A stretch of 64,000 nucleotides of DNA. Origin: a candidate division WOR-3 bacterium (lineage in GTDB: Bacteria > Hydrothermota > Tepidihabitantia > Tepidihabitantales > JAOUPE01). Shown piece after piece: positions 49,893 to 59,291 of this stretch. Position numbers and translations under genes: made by a program. The stretch spans positions 51,403 to 115,402 of the forward strand of contig JBDRUX010000001.1 in assembly GCA_039801565.1 (NCBI GenBank). The letters are read 5' to 3'. Positions within the stretch are counted from its first letter, which is position 1. Each line of letters begins with the position of its first letter. Below the pieces are notes generated by a model. The model ran no database searches. It saw only the letters and a list, made by a program, of their open reading frames with translations, and was not told the origin of the DNA.

Positions 49893-50105
49893 ATAAGAAG
49901 TATAGTTAACGTTTTTGGTTTGTCAAGGCGGAATTTGAAATCTTGCTTCAAAATTTGTCCTAAATTAGATGAGCCGGGTTAATGGTTACTACATTTTTGC
50001 ACAGTCTCGATTAAGACGAGAACTGTCGAACCTTAGAATAGGTGGGAATGATAAAGAGCAAAAATTCAAAACCACATTTTTTTTCAGAGTTCTCATATAT
50101 AAGCA

Positions 50106-50133
50106 TTGACAACGATTTTGCTAAGCGTATAAT
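50106..50133 (+). promoter_or_regulatory. sigma-70 consensus promoter TTGACA-N16-TATAAT, 10 nt upstream of the cupin ATG (near-leaderless)
   Basis: ttgacaacgattttgctaagcgtataat. The ATG is at 50143. Confidence 0.5.
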
Positions 50134-50142
50134 ACCATTACG

Positions 50143-50466
50143 ATGGAAAAAATTAATTTCGATTCCTTAGCCCAGAGTATCAAAAAACCTTGGTCGCCGA
50201 TTGAAATTGTCCGGATGAATGGTTATCATTTACTTCTCTCAAGGTTTGAGGGAACTTATCGTTTTCATAAGCACGATGCCGAAGAATTATTTTTTGTTTT
50301 AAAGGGACAAATTACGATTGAATTAGAAAAAGATGAAAAAGTTAGTTTAAAAGAAGGCGAAGGTTTATTATTACCAAAAGGTTTGGCGCATCGTTCAATT
50401 GCTTCTGAGCCGGCTTTAGTTATGATGTTTGAACGCACCAATCTCAAGACGATTTTTGTGCCTTAA
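50143..50466 (+). CDS. cupin-domain protein
   Basis: 107 aa. Two-His-containing cupin-like motifs (HKHDAEELFFVLKG ... LPKGLAHRS). Confidence 0.6.
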   Translation: MEKINFDSLAQSIKKPWSPIEIVRMNGYHLLLSRFEGTYRFHKHDAEELFFVLKGQITIELEKDEKVSLKEGEGLLLPKGLAHRSIASEPALVMMFERTNLKTIFVP

Positions 50467-50711
50467 TAAAATGAATGCACAATTAACGACCGCAAGCAAT
50501 AAATTTTCCTTGACAAAGTCCTAAACCGAGTTATGATTTTATGTAATTCTAATGGTTGCGAAGCAATGGACTTGGGGTTTGGCAGCGATTTTACCGAAGG
50601 CGATAAAATTTTAGGAATTGCTCTTTTCCTTTATTTTTGTGAACAGACTGATTCGCCACAAACCTAATGGCGAATCGGTTAAAACTTGAAAACAAAAAGA
50701 AGGAGGAACAA

Positions 50712-53700
50712 ATGGATTTCAGCAGTAATAAACAAAAGAGGTTAGGCAAGAAGACCTGCTTTTCGATTTTTACCTATATGCTAATCCTATTAGCACTCGT
50801 AAGCACCGGACTCCAAGCTGGTTCAATTACCGAAAAGTTCAATTTTGCAAAAAGTGAAATAGGATTCAAGAAGATTGGCGAATTCGATTTGCCGGTAATA
50901 CGGGATTGGCTTTATACCGCGGAGGTTGGTAAGCCAATGATTCCTTATCTAATTTTTCAGGTTTTAGTTCCACCAACGGCAGAAGTTACTGAGGTAAAGG
51001 TCTTGTCATTTAAGAAAGTTGAAGTTGAAGGCAAATATTATATTCATCCCAGTCAACCACCAGTGCCAATTTCTTACAAAGGCGAGATTCCTTTTGTGCC
51101 ACCTGATGAAGCAACTTATAATTCAACTGAAGAGTATCCAGCCCGGTTGGTTGATTTTGTGCCGACTGGTTCAAAAAGTGGCTACCGGATTGCTGGGGTT
51201 GAGGTTTATCCTTTACATTATGTGCCTAAGGAACGGAGGCTTTTCTTATACACCGAACTGGTCTTAGAAATTATTTATGAAGAAGGTAAGGTTGCACCGC
51301 AACTTTTAACCGAATCCCAGAAGAGACTTTTTGGTCAAGAAGTGCGAAGTTTAATAATCAACAAAAAGGATTTAAAACGTTTTGAACCACCGACGAAACT
51401 GATTGACCAAGGTAACGAGATTGATTACTTGATTATAACCAGTAGCACCTTGGAATCGAATTTCCAGCCCTTAGCCGAATGGAAGACTAAAAAAGGCTGG
51501 AACACCAAAATTCGAAATACTAACTGGATAAATACTAATTATTCCGGCCGGGACTTACAAGAAAAAATCCGAAATTACATTCGAACCTGTTTCGCCGATT
51601 CAGGTTTGAAGTTTGTGCTTCTGGCAGGTGATAATTCGATAATCCCAAAACGAGGAACATATGCCTGGGTTTCACCTCATATTGACAGTTTCATACCTTG
51701 CGATTTGTATTTTGCTGATTTAGATTGGAGTTGGGATGGTAACCAAAACAATGTTTTTGGCGATACTTGGACAATAGGCGGTAGGCGAGACACGGTTGAC
51801 CTTTATTATGATGTTTACATCGGAAGGGCATCAGTAGAAACAGCGAGCGAAATTTCCAATTTCTTGAATAAATTATTTACCTATGAGAAGAATCCAAATA
51901 CTGATTACATCAAAAGAATCCTTTTACCTTGGGGGGTACTATGGTCAGGTTATGATAGCAAACAATCGCAAGATTCGATAGCGAAATATACACCGGCTGG
52001 TTGGACTGACCGCTATATCAATGATACAAGAGTGGTTAATGAAGTTAGGGATTCGTTAAATAATGGTTTTCAATTCTGCCATTTGGTTGGGCATGGCAAT
52101 GATGTTGGGGTTTATTGGACAAGCACCGGACCAGCAATGTATCATACCGGCCATCCCGGAACACAGACCAATGTTAATAAGTATCTTATTGCTAATTCGA
52201 TTGCTTGCTATCCAGGTAATTTTGAATACTCGGATTGTCTTGCTGAATCTATGGTGAATGTCCAGAATTGTGCGGTGGCGGTGATTATGAATTCAAGATA
52301 TGGTTGGGGAACGCCGCCTAACATTGGTCCTTCAGAACTTCTTGATTTTCAATTTTATTATTTCTTTTTTAATTATGATACCTTCCGAATCGGTATCACC
52401 CATGCCGAATCGAAAGAATTTTATCGGAACTCAGCTCTTAACCAACAGGTTTGGCGTTGGTGTTATTACGAGTTAAATCTCTTTGGTTGTCCGGAGATGC
52501 CGATGTGGCAGGATGTTCCTTTGACAATGACTCTTGCCTTTGACGATACAATAAACACTGGTAGCCAAACTTTTACTGTAACCGTCACTGACCCGAGTGA
52601 TGCGCCGGTTGTGAATGCTTTAGTTTGTCTTTGGAAAGGAAATGAAGTTTATGTGCGGGGGTATACTAATGCCAGCGGTATCGTTAACTTTACAATAAAT
52701 CCTACCACTGTTGGTCAAATGTTTGTTACCGTCTCGGCTTTTAATCATTACCCGAAAGAGGATACTTGTTACATTATTGAGCAGAACGAGGATGTCGGCG
52801 TTACGACTATTATTACACCAACCGGCAATATTGACTCGAGTGCGGTCTCCTCAATTATACCTCAAGCAACAATTCATAACTATAGCATTTCCGATACGCT
52901 AAGTTTCCCAGTAATTTTCTATATCTATGACAGTGGCTGGAATTTAGTATGGGCGGATACTCAGCAGATATTAGACCTTGGTCCTAACCGCGATACGACA
53001 ATAAATTTTGCTGCTTTAGGCATTGAATTGTCACGTGGCATTTATAACACTAAATGCACAACCGCCCTGGTTGGTGATATTAACCCATCCAATGACTGGC
53101 AGGATAGTTCATTTACGGTTATTGTCCACGATGCTGGGATGATTGATATTGTGACGCCAACCGGACTTATTAAGAAAAATAGTGTTATCACACCTCAAGT
53201 AACAGTGCGGAATTTTGGCAGTGTTAGAGATTCTTTTGATGTGATATTAACGATTGGAGCGACTTATGTTGATACCGTCTTCACAACCCTTGACCCTAAC
53301 AACCAAACAACACTTAGTTTTAATCCTTGGACCGCAACTGCAATTGGGACATTTCAAGTTCGCTGCACCACCGCTTTAATTGGCGATTTAGTCACAGTCA
53401 ATGATACTTTATCGGATTCGGTAATAGTCTACGATGATGATGTCGGTGTGGTGGCAATTTTGGAGCCAGTTGGTCCGACCGATTCGACTGCGACGATTGT
53501 GCCCCGCTGTAGTGTTTACAATTATGGTTCATCACCAGCTACTTTTTCGGTTACTTTTAGAATCTTAGAAGCGGGTTATAGCAATACGCAAACCGTTACC
53601 GCATTAGCCCCCAATACCGGCACAGCGATTCCTTTTGCGCCCTGGTTGGTCGGGCCAAGGGGCAATTATACGACAAGATGTTCAACCGGAATGAGTCCCG

Positions 53701-56700
53701 ACACCAATGCATTGAACGACACTTTATCCGGTTCGTTTACGATTCGGGTGCATGATGTTGGTGTTACGGAAATTCTTGCCCCAATTGGTGTCGTTGCCTT
53801 AAATAGTTCAATTACACCCCAAGCAGTAGTTAGAAATTTTGGTACCGAGACCGATACCTTTGATGTTTCGCTTGTTGTTCTAACATCGCCGTCGAGTTCT
53901 TGGACGGAAACTGGAATAATTTTAGATTCTGGTGCGGTTGATACGGTCAGTTTTGCCCCGAACTGGACCGCAAGTCCTTTAGGAACATTTGAAGTCCGTT
54001 GTTCGACATCTTTAACTAATGATTTAGTCGTTGCTAATAATCTGAAGATTGATACGGTCATTGTTACGGATTTTGATGTTGGCGTAGTAGCGATTCTTGC
54101 TCCGGTAGACACATTAGATTCGACTGCTACCCTTGTTCCACAATGTAGTGTTTATAATTATGGTTCATCAGCGGTAACTTTCCCGGTGACTTTCCGAATC
54201 TTAGAAGCGGGTTATACCGCTACCGAGACAGTAATTGGCCTGCCACCAAATACTGGGACAACGGTTTCCTTTGCGCCTTGGACAGTAGGACCGCGCGGTT
54301 CTTATACAACCCGATGTTCAACCGAACTTATGCCAGATTTTAATCCAGTAAACGACACTTTATCTGGTTCATTTGTGATTCGAGTGCACGATGTTGGGGT
54401 GACTGAGATACTAGCACCAGTGGATACCGTGATTCTTAATCACGCTTATAATCCGAAAGCGGTTGTCACTAACTTTGGGTCGGTGCGTGAGACTTTTAAT
54501 GTCTCATTGGTTATTCTTCCGACAATACCACCACCAAATTCGTTTACGCAATCCGTCACATTACCGGCAGGTGAAACCGATACGGTAGACTTTAATTTAG
54601 CACTCTGGGTGGCAACACCACTTGGAACTCATCAGGTCCGCTGTTCTACGGATTTGGCTAACGATTTAGTCCCCAATAACAATCTAATAATTGATTCGGT
54701 GACGGTTTCCGATGCGGATGTTGGAGTGACGGCAATCGTCTTTCCTACCGGCAATGTTGATTCGACAGCAACAATAACACCACTGGTTAGTTTTTATAAC
54801 TATGGTACTAATCCAGCGTCATTCCCAGCAATTCTTACTTTCACCGGGCCAGCTAATTATGTTGATACTCAAATTGTCAATTTGGCCGGTAATAGTGGCT
54901 TGACGATACCGTTTGACCCTTGGACTGTTGGACCGCGTGGCACTTATCAGGTGAAATGCACTACTGCCCTTGCCTTTGACACCGCAGCAGTAAATGATAC
55001 GATGTCAGGTTTCTTTTCCATTATTGTTCATGATGTCGCGACAATTGAAATTATTGCGCCGAAGGGAGTGATGCCGTTGAATCGAAGTGTCACTGCCCAA
55101 GCGGTAGTACGAAATAATGGAACCCAAGCTGAGAGTGTTGATGTTTCGATGATTGTTTTGACACCAGTGCCGACTACTTGGACGGTGACGATAGATAATT
55201 TAGGGGCTGGTGTGACCGATACGGTTGATTTTGGGTTATGGACGGCAACACCACTTGGCACCCATCAGGTTCGTTGTTCGACCGATTTGGCTAATGATTT
55301 AGTTCCAAGTAATAATCTAATAATTGATTCGGTGACGGTTTCCGATGCGGATGTTGGAGTGACCGAAATCTTGTATCCAACTGGAACAATTGATTCAACG
55401 GTATCATTGATTCCAGAAGCGGTTGTCTTCAATTATGGTTCGCAAGCTATATCCTTCCCAGTTATTATGAGAATTTTACCACCAGCAACTTATGTTAATA
55501 TTCAGTGGGTGAATAATCTTCCACCCAACACCGCTGATACAGTTCAATTTGCGCCTTGGACAATCGGACCGCGGGGAACTTATACTGTTCGATGTTCTAC
55601 CGCTTTAAATATTGATACCAGTGCGGTAAACGACACAGTCTCACGACAATTTGAAATCATTGTTCACGATGTTGGAACTACTGAAATTCTTGCCCCCAAG
55701 GGTATTGTTCCTTTAGGTAGTCCGGTTACACCTCGTGCAGTGGTGAGAAATTTTGGGACTGAGACCGATACCTTTGATGTCTCGCTTACCGTTCTGACCG
55801 TGCCACCAAGTTCTTGGACCCAAACCGGGATAGTCTTGAACCCAGGTGAAGTTGATACCGTCAGTTTCGCACCAAACTGGACAGCAGGTCCGGTTGGAAT
55901 TTTCCAGGTTCGCTGCTCAACTTCGATGGTGCAGGATTCGGTATTGGCTAATAATCTTCAAATTGACACGGTTCAGGTGGTCGCATTTGATGTTGGTGTA
56001 AATGCCATTGTTGCACCAGTTGGAACCATTGATTCTTCTACTACTCCAACGGTTGTGCCTCAGGCAAGCATAACGAATTATGCAACTATACCGGTTAGTT
56101 TCCCCGCAATTTTCCGTATCACCCGTGGTGCTTATATTTGGGCTGATACCCAGACTATTAATCTAAATGCTGGACAAACTACTACGGTTAGTTTTGACCC
56201 TTGGACAGTTGGGCAAACCGGTATTTACACAACACGCTGCACAACTGGTTTGATTGGTGATGTCGACCCAACTAATAATCACACTGACAGTACTTTCCGA
56301 GTTGTAACCCCGGGTGGTGATGTGGGAGTGACCGCATTGATTCTTAACCCATCTGGACCGAATGTTGATTCCGGCACAACCATTCAAATTTCTGCCCGTG
56401 TTAAAAACTTCGGTACCGAGGTCTCCACTTTCCAGGTGAAGACAAAGATTGGTACTTTTTATCTCGACAGCCTACCGACACCACTTACCTTAAATCCTGG
56501 CGATTCCGCAACGGTAAGTTTTAGCAATTGGGTTGCAGTCCGGCGTGGCCAACACATTGTGCGATGTAGCACCGAATTAGATGGCGACATTGACCATTCT
56601 AATGACCGTCAGACAAGAAATATTACAGTCTTGGTTCGCGATGTGCGAACCTATTCAATTTTGGCACCAACCGGCAATATTGATTCAACCGCTAATCCAA

Positions 56701-59168
56701 TCACACCACAGGCAATAGTTGAAAATTCAGGCAATGTTTTAGTAGATAGCTTCCCGGTAATATTCACTATAACTGGACCAGCCACCTGGACGAATACTCA
56801 GATGGTTAGGAATTTGCCGGCTGGACAACAGCGGACAGTAGACTTTGCACCTTGGACAATTGGTCCGGTTGGTGCTTATACAACGGCTTGTAGCACCGCT
56901 TATGCCCTTGATATGAACCCGTCTAATGACCGGCGTACCTCACAATTCTGGATTCAAAGGGTTGATATCAGCGTTGACTCCATTGTCTCACCATTAGGTG
57001 TGGTAGATTCCAATTCGGTTGTGCCAGTCCAAGCCTGGGTATCAAACCAAGGCACCTCAAACAAAACCTTCTTGGCTATTTTCCGAATCGGCACCTTTTA
57101 TACTGATACTGTAATCATAACCCTTAATTCACTTGCCGATTCGTTAGTCACCTTTGACACTTGGCGTATCTCACAACCAAAAGGGATTTATCCAGTCCAA
57201 TGCACGACAGTGATTGCCAATGATGCCAATCCCAATAATAACCAAGATACAGGTTCGGTGCAAGTGCGCGTCAAAGATGTCGCAATAGATTCAATCATTT
57301 CGCCAAGCCCAGTTATTCCACCCGGCATAATGAATCCAATTGCCCGAGTCATCAATAATGGCAGTGATTCACTTGATTTTTATGTCTATTTCCGAATTCG
57401 TAGTGCCAGTGGTACGGTTTATTTCGATTCCGCTTATGTTCCACTCTTGGCACCGGATTCGAGTTACGACGCCACTTTTCCGGCTTGGGATGCAGTGCCT
57501 GGTATTTATATTGCTCGTTGTTCCTTAGCAATAGCTGGTGATATGGTTCGAAGCAATGACACCTTATCAATTACTTTTAATGTTGCGACTCGGGATGTGG
57601 GTGTCTCAAGAATTGTCTTTCCAGGAAGACGGACTTTATTAGGACCAATTCAACCGCGCGTTGTTGTGAAAAACTATTCCAGTACTATCGAATCATTCTG
57701 GACTTGGTTCAGCATCACTGATACAGCGAGTGGTAGTAATGTCTATTTTGATTCGGCATTTTGTGCCGACTTAGGTCCTTGGATGGAACAAATTCTTGAC
57801 TTCCCAATCTGGACCGCTAACCTTGGCGGTTATCGGCTTGTTTCGTATACGGCTTTAGTTGGTGATGATAGCACAGCTAATGATACAGTTACTGCCTACT
57901 GTCAGGTTGATTCAATTATTTTGCCAAAATGGGCACAAAAAATGGATATGCCACTTGGACCAAGAGGCAGACCAGTGAAACGGGGTGGTTGTATTACCTT
58001 TGGTGGTAATAACCTCTTATTCGCCCTCAAAGGTGCCGGTACCAACGAATTCTACTCCTACAATATTACCTCGGACACTTGGGTAACCTTGGAAACGATA
58101 CCCTATGCCTTAAATAAGAAAAAGAAAGTAAAGGGTGGCTCTGCAATTTGTTATGATGGCAATAACACAATATTTGCCCTCAAGGGCAATAACACTCTTG
58201 AATTCTGGGCTTATTCAATTCCTTACTCTACCTGGATCCAATTAACTGATGTCCCAGCTGGGAGCAAACGAGCTAAAGGCGGCTCGGGTCTTGCTTTCGT
58301 CCCAGGTCCAACTGGTGGTTTAATCTATTGTCTGAAAGGTAGTAAGACCTTTGAGTTTTATGCCTATTCCATTGCCACTAATACTTGGATTTTCCTGCGC
58401 AATGCGCCAGCCGGCTATCGGGGCAAACCATTTGACAAAGGTAGTTGTCTCACCTATGACCCAAGTACCAATCAAATCTTTGCCTTAAAAGGCTATGAAA
58501 ACGAATTCTTCGCCTATGATATCATTGCTGATTCTTGGACAATTAAAGCATCGCTACCAATATATGGCTTTGCTGGACAAAAACGAGCCAAAGAAGGTGC
58601 AGCACTGGTTGCCGATGGTTCTGGTCTTATCTATGCCTTCAAAGGCAATAATTCACAAGAATTCTGGGTCTATCACATTGCCGGTGACTGGTGGGAACAG
58701 GTTGACCCGATTCCGATTGGACCAAACAATCGCAAAGTCAACCAAGGTGGCGCTCTCGCCTATGTTCCGAGCATTGGCAAAATTTATGCTCTAAAAGGAA
58801 ATCGAACTCGAGAACTTTGGGCTTATGACCCCAATGCATTATCACTTTTGAACTCGTTGAACGATTTGAACTCTTCATCGGGCACTATGGAAACAGAAAC
58901 CCGTCCGCTTGAGTTAATTAACTTCAAAGTAACCCCGAACCCGAACAAAGGAAATTTCATATTAAAATACAATGTAGATAAGATTCGTCCGATTACAGTT
59001 AAACTTTACAATGCCTTGGGTGAACGAGTCTTTGAACAAACTAAGCAAGTTACGAATAAATCAGGAACGATTACGATTGACACTGAAAAACTGGCGATCG
59101 GCATCTACATTATGCGGATAGAGTTCGATGGCGTAAGGTATAGCGAAAAGGTTCTAATTCAGAGGTAA
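50712..59168 (+). CDS. Giant T9SS-secreted gingipain-family (peptidase C25) protein with ~15 CARDB-like repeats, a Kelch-like beta-propeller and a T9SS C-terminal sorting domain
   Basis: AAGGAGG sits 6 nt upstream of the ATG at 50712, so the track's 50667 start is likely over-extended. Signal peptide. C25 catalytic contexts (LLAGDNSIIP, HLVGHGND, NSIACYPGNF). Repeats of about 100 aa (DVGVTEILAP...TPQAVVRNFG...VRCST). About 8 blades of the (K)GG-x-[LA]-x~10-IYALKG-x4-EFWAY-x5-W type. CTD VTPNPNKGNF...KLYNALGERV...GIYIMRI...KVLIQR. Confidence 0.8.
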   Translation: MDFSSNKQKRLGKKTCFSIFTYMLILLALVSTGLQAGSITEKFNFAKSEIGFKKIGEFDLPVIRDWLYTAEVGKPMIPYLIFQVLVPPTAEVTEVKVLSFKKVEVEGKYYIHPSQPPVPISYKGEIPFVPPDEATYNSTEEYPARLVDFVPTGSKSGYRIAGVEVYPLHYVPKERRLFLYTELVLEIIYEEGKVAPQLLTESQKRLFGQEVRSLIINKKDLKRFEPPTKLIDQGNEIDYLIITSSTLESNFQPLAEWKTKKGWNTKIRNTNWINTNYSGRDLQEKIRNYIRTCFADSGLKFVLLAGDNSIIPKRGTYAWVSPHIDSFIPCDLYFADLDWSWDGNQNNVFGDTWTIGGRRDTVDLYYDVYIGRASVETASEISNFLNKLFTYEKNPNTDYIKRILLPWGVLWSGYDSKQSQDSIAKYTPAGWTDRYINDTRVVNEVRDSLNNGFQFCHLVGHGNDVGVYWTSTGPAMYHTGHPGTQTNVNKYLIANSIACYPGNFEYSDCLAESMVNVQNCAVAVIMNSRYGWGTPPNIGPSELLDFQFYYFFFNYDTFRIGITHAESKEFYRNSALNQQVWRWCYYELNLFGCPEMPMWQDVPLTMTLAFDDTINTGSQTFTVTVTDPSDAPVVNALVCLWKGNEVYVRGYTNASGIVNFTINPTTVGQMFVTVSAFNHYPKEDTCYIIEQNEDVGVTTIITPTGNIDSSAVSSIIPQATIHNYSISDTLSFPVIFYIYDSGWNLVWADTQQILDLGPNRDTTINFAALGIELSRGIYNTKCTTALVGDINPSNDWQDSSFTVIVHDAGMIDIVTPTGLIKKNSVITPQVTVRNFGSVRDSFDVILTIGATYVDTVFTTLDPNNQTTLSFNPWTATAIGTFQVRCTTALIGDLVTVNDTLSDSVIVYDDDVGVVAILEPVGPTDSTATIVPRCSVYNYGSSPATFSVTFRILEAGYSNTQTVTALAPNTGTAIPFAPWLVGPRGNYTTRCSTGMSPDTNALNDTLSGSFTIRVHDVGVTEILAPIGVVALNSSITPQAVVRNFGTETDTFDVSLVVLTSPSSSWTETGIILDSGAVDTVSFAPNWTASPLGTFEVRCSTSLTNDLVVANNLKIDTVIVTDFDVGVVAILAPVDTLDSTATLVPQCSVYNYGSSAVTFPVTFRILEAGYTATETVIGLPPNTGTTVSFAPWTVGPRGSYTTRCSTELMPDFNPVNDTLSGSFVIRVHDVGVTEILAPVDTVILNHAYNPKAVVTNFGSVRETFNVSLVILPTIPPPNSFTQSVTLPAGETDTVDFNLALWVATPLGTHQVRCSTDLANDLVPNNNLIIDSVTVSDADVGVTAIVFPTGNVDSTATITPLVSFYNYGTNPASFPAILTFTGPANYVDTQIVNLAGNSGLTIPFDPWTVGPRGTYQVKCTTALAFDTAAVNDTMSGFFSIIVHDVATIEIIAPKGVMPLNRSVTAQAVVRNNGTQAESVDVSMIVLTPVPTTWTVTIDNLGAGVTDTVDFGLWTATPLGTHQVRCSTDLANDLVPSNNLIIDSVTVSDADVGVTEILYPTGTIDSTVSLIPEAVVFNYGSQAISFPVIMRILPPATYVNIQWVNNLPPNTADTVQFAPWTIGPRGTYTVRCSTALNIDTSAVNDTVSRQFEIIVHDVGTTEILAPKGIVPLGSPVTPRAVVRNFGTETDTFDVSLTVLTVPPSSWTQTGIVLNPGEVDTVSFAPNWTAGPVGIFQVRCSTSMVQDSVLANNLQIDTVQVVAFDVGVNAIVAPVGTIDSSTTPTVVPQASITNYATIPVSFPAIFRITRGAYIWADTQTINLNAGQTTTVSFDPWTVGQTGIYTTRCTTGLIGDVDPTNNHTDSTFRVVTPGGDVGVTALILNPSGPNVDSGTTIQISARVKNFGTEVSTFQVKTKIGTFYLDSLPTPLTLNPGDSATVSFSNWVAVRRGQHIVRCSTELDGDIDHSNDRQTRNITVLVRDVRTYSILAPTGNIDSTANPITPQAIVENSGNVLVDSFPVIFTITGPATWTNTQMVRNLPAGQQRTVDFAPWTIGPVGAYTTACSTAYALDMNPSNDRRTSQFWIQRVDISVDSIVSPLGVVDSNSVVPVQAWVSNQGTSNKTFLAIFRIGTFYTDTVIITLNSLADSLVTFDTWRISQPKGIYPVQCTTVIANDANPNNNQDTGSVQVRVKDVAIDSIISPSPVIPPGIMNPIARVINNGSDSLDFYVYFRIRSASGTVYFDSAYVPLLAPDSSYDATFPAWDAVPGIYIARCSLAIAGDMVRSNDTLSITFNVATRDVGVSRIVFPGRRTLLGPIQPRVVVKNYSSTIESFWTWFSITDTASGSNVYFDSAFCADLGPWMEQILDFPIWTANLGGYRLVSYTALVGDDSTANDTVTAYCQVDSIILPKWAQKMDMPLGPRGRPVKRGGCITFGGNNLLFALKGAGTNEFYSYNITSDTWVTLETIPYALNKKKKVKGGSAICYDGNNTIFALKGNNTLEFWAYSIPYSTWIQLTDVPAGSKRAKGGSGLAFVPGPTGGLIYCLKGSKTFEFYAYSIATNTWIFLRNAPAGYRGKPFDKGSCLTYDPSTNQIFALKGYENEFFAYDIIADSWTIKASLPIYGFAGQKRAKEGAALVADGSGLIYAFKGNNSQEFWVYHIAGDWWEQVDPIPIGPNNRKVNQGGALAYVPSIGKIYALKGNRTRELWAYDPNALSLLNSLNDLNSSSGTMETETRPLELINFKVTPNPNKGNFILKYNVDKIRPITVKLYNALGERVFEQTKQVTNKSGTITIDTEKLAIGIYIMRIEFDGVRYSEKVLIQR

Positions 59169-59185
59169 AACTTTAGCCAACTTGT

Positions 59186-59219
59186 AGCCCGCACCTTTTG
59201 GTGCGGGCTTTCCCTTTTG
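59186..59219 (+). terminator. rho-independent terminator after the giant C25 gene
   Basis: agcccgcacc-tttt-ggtgcgggct followed by ttcccttttgg. Confidence 0.55.
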
Positions 59220-59291
59220 GTAAATAACTTGACTTTGGTTCTTTATGAGGGTAAATTGTTGGCAATGCAAGCGAAACAATCGGTCCATTAT

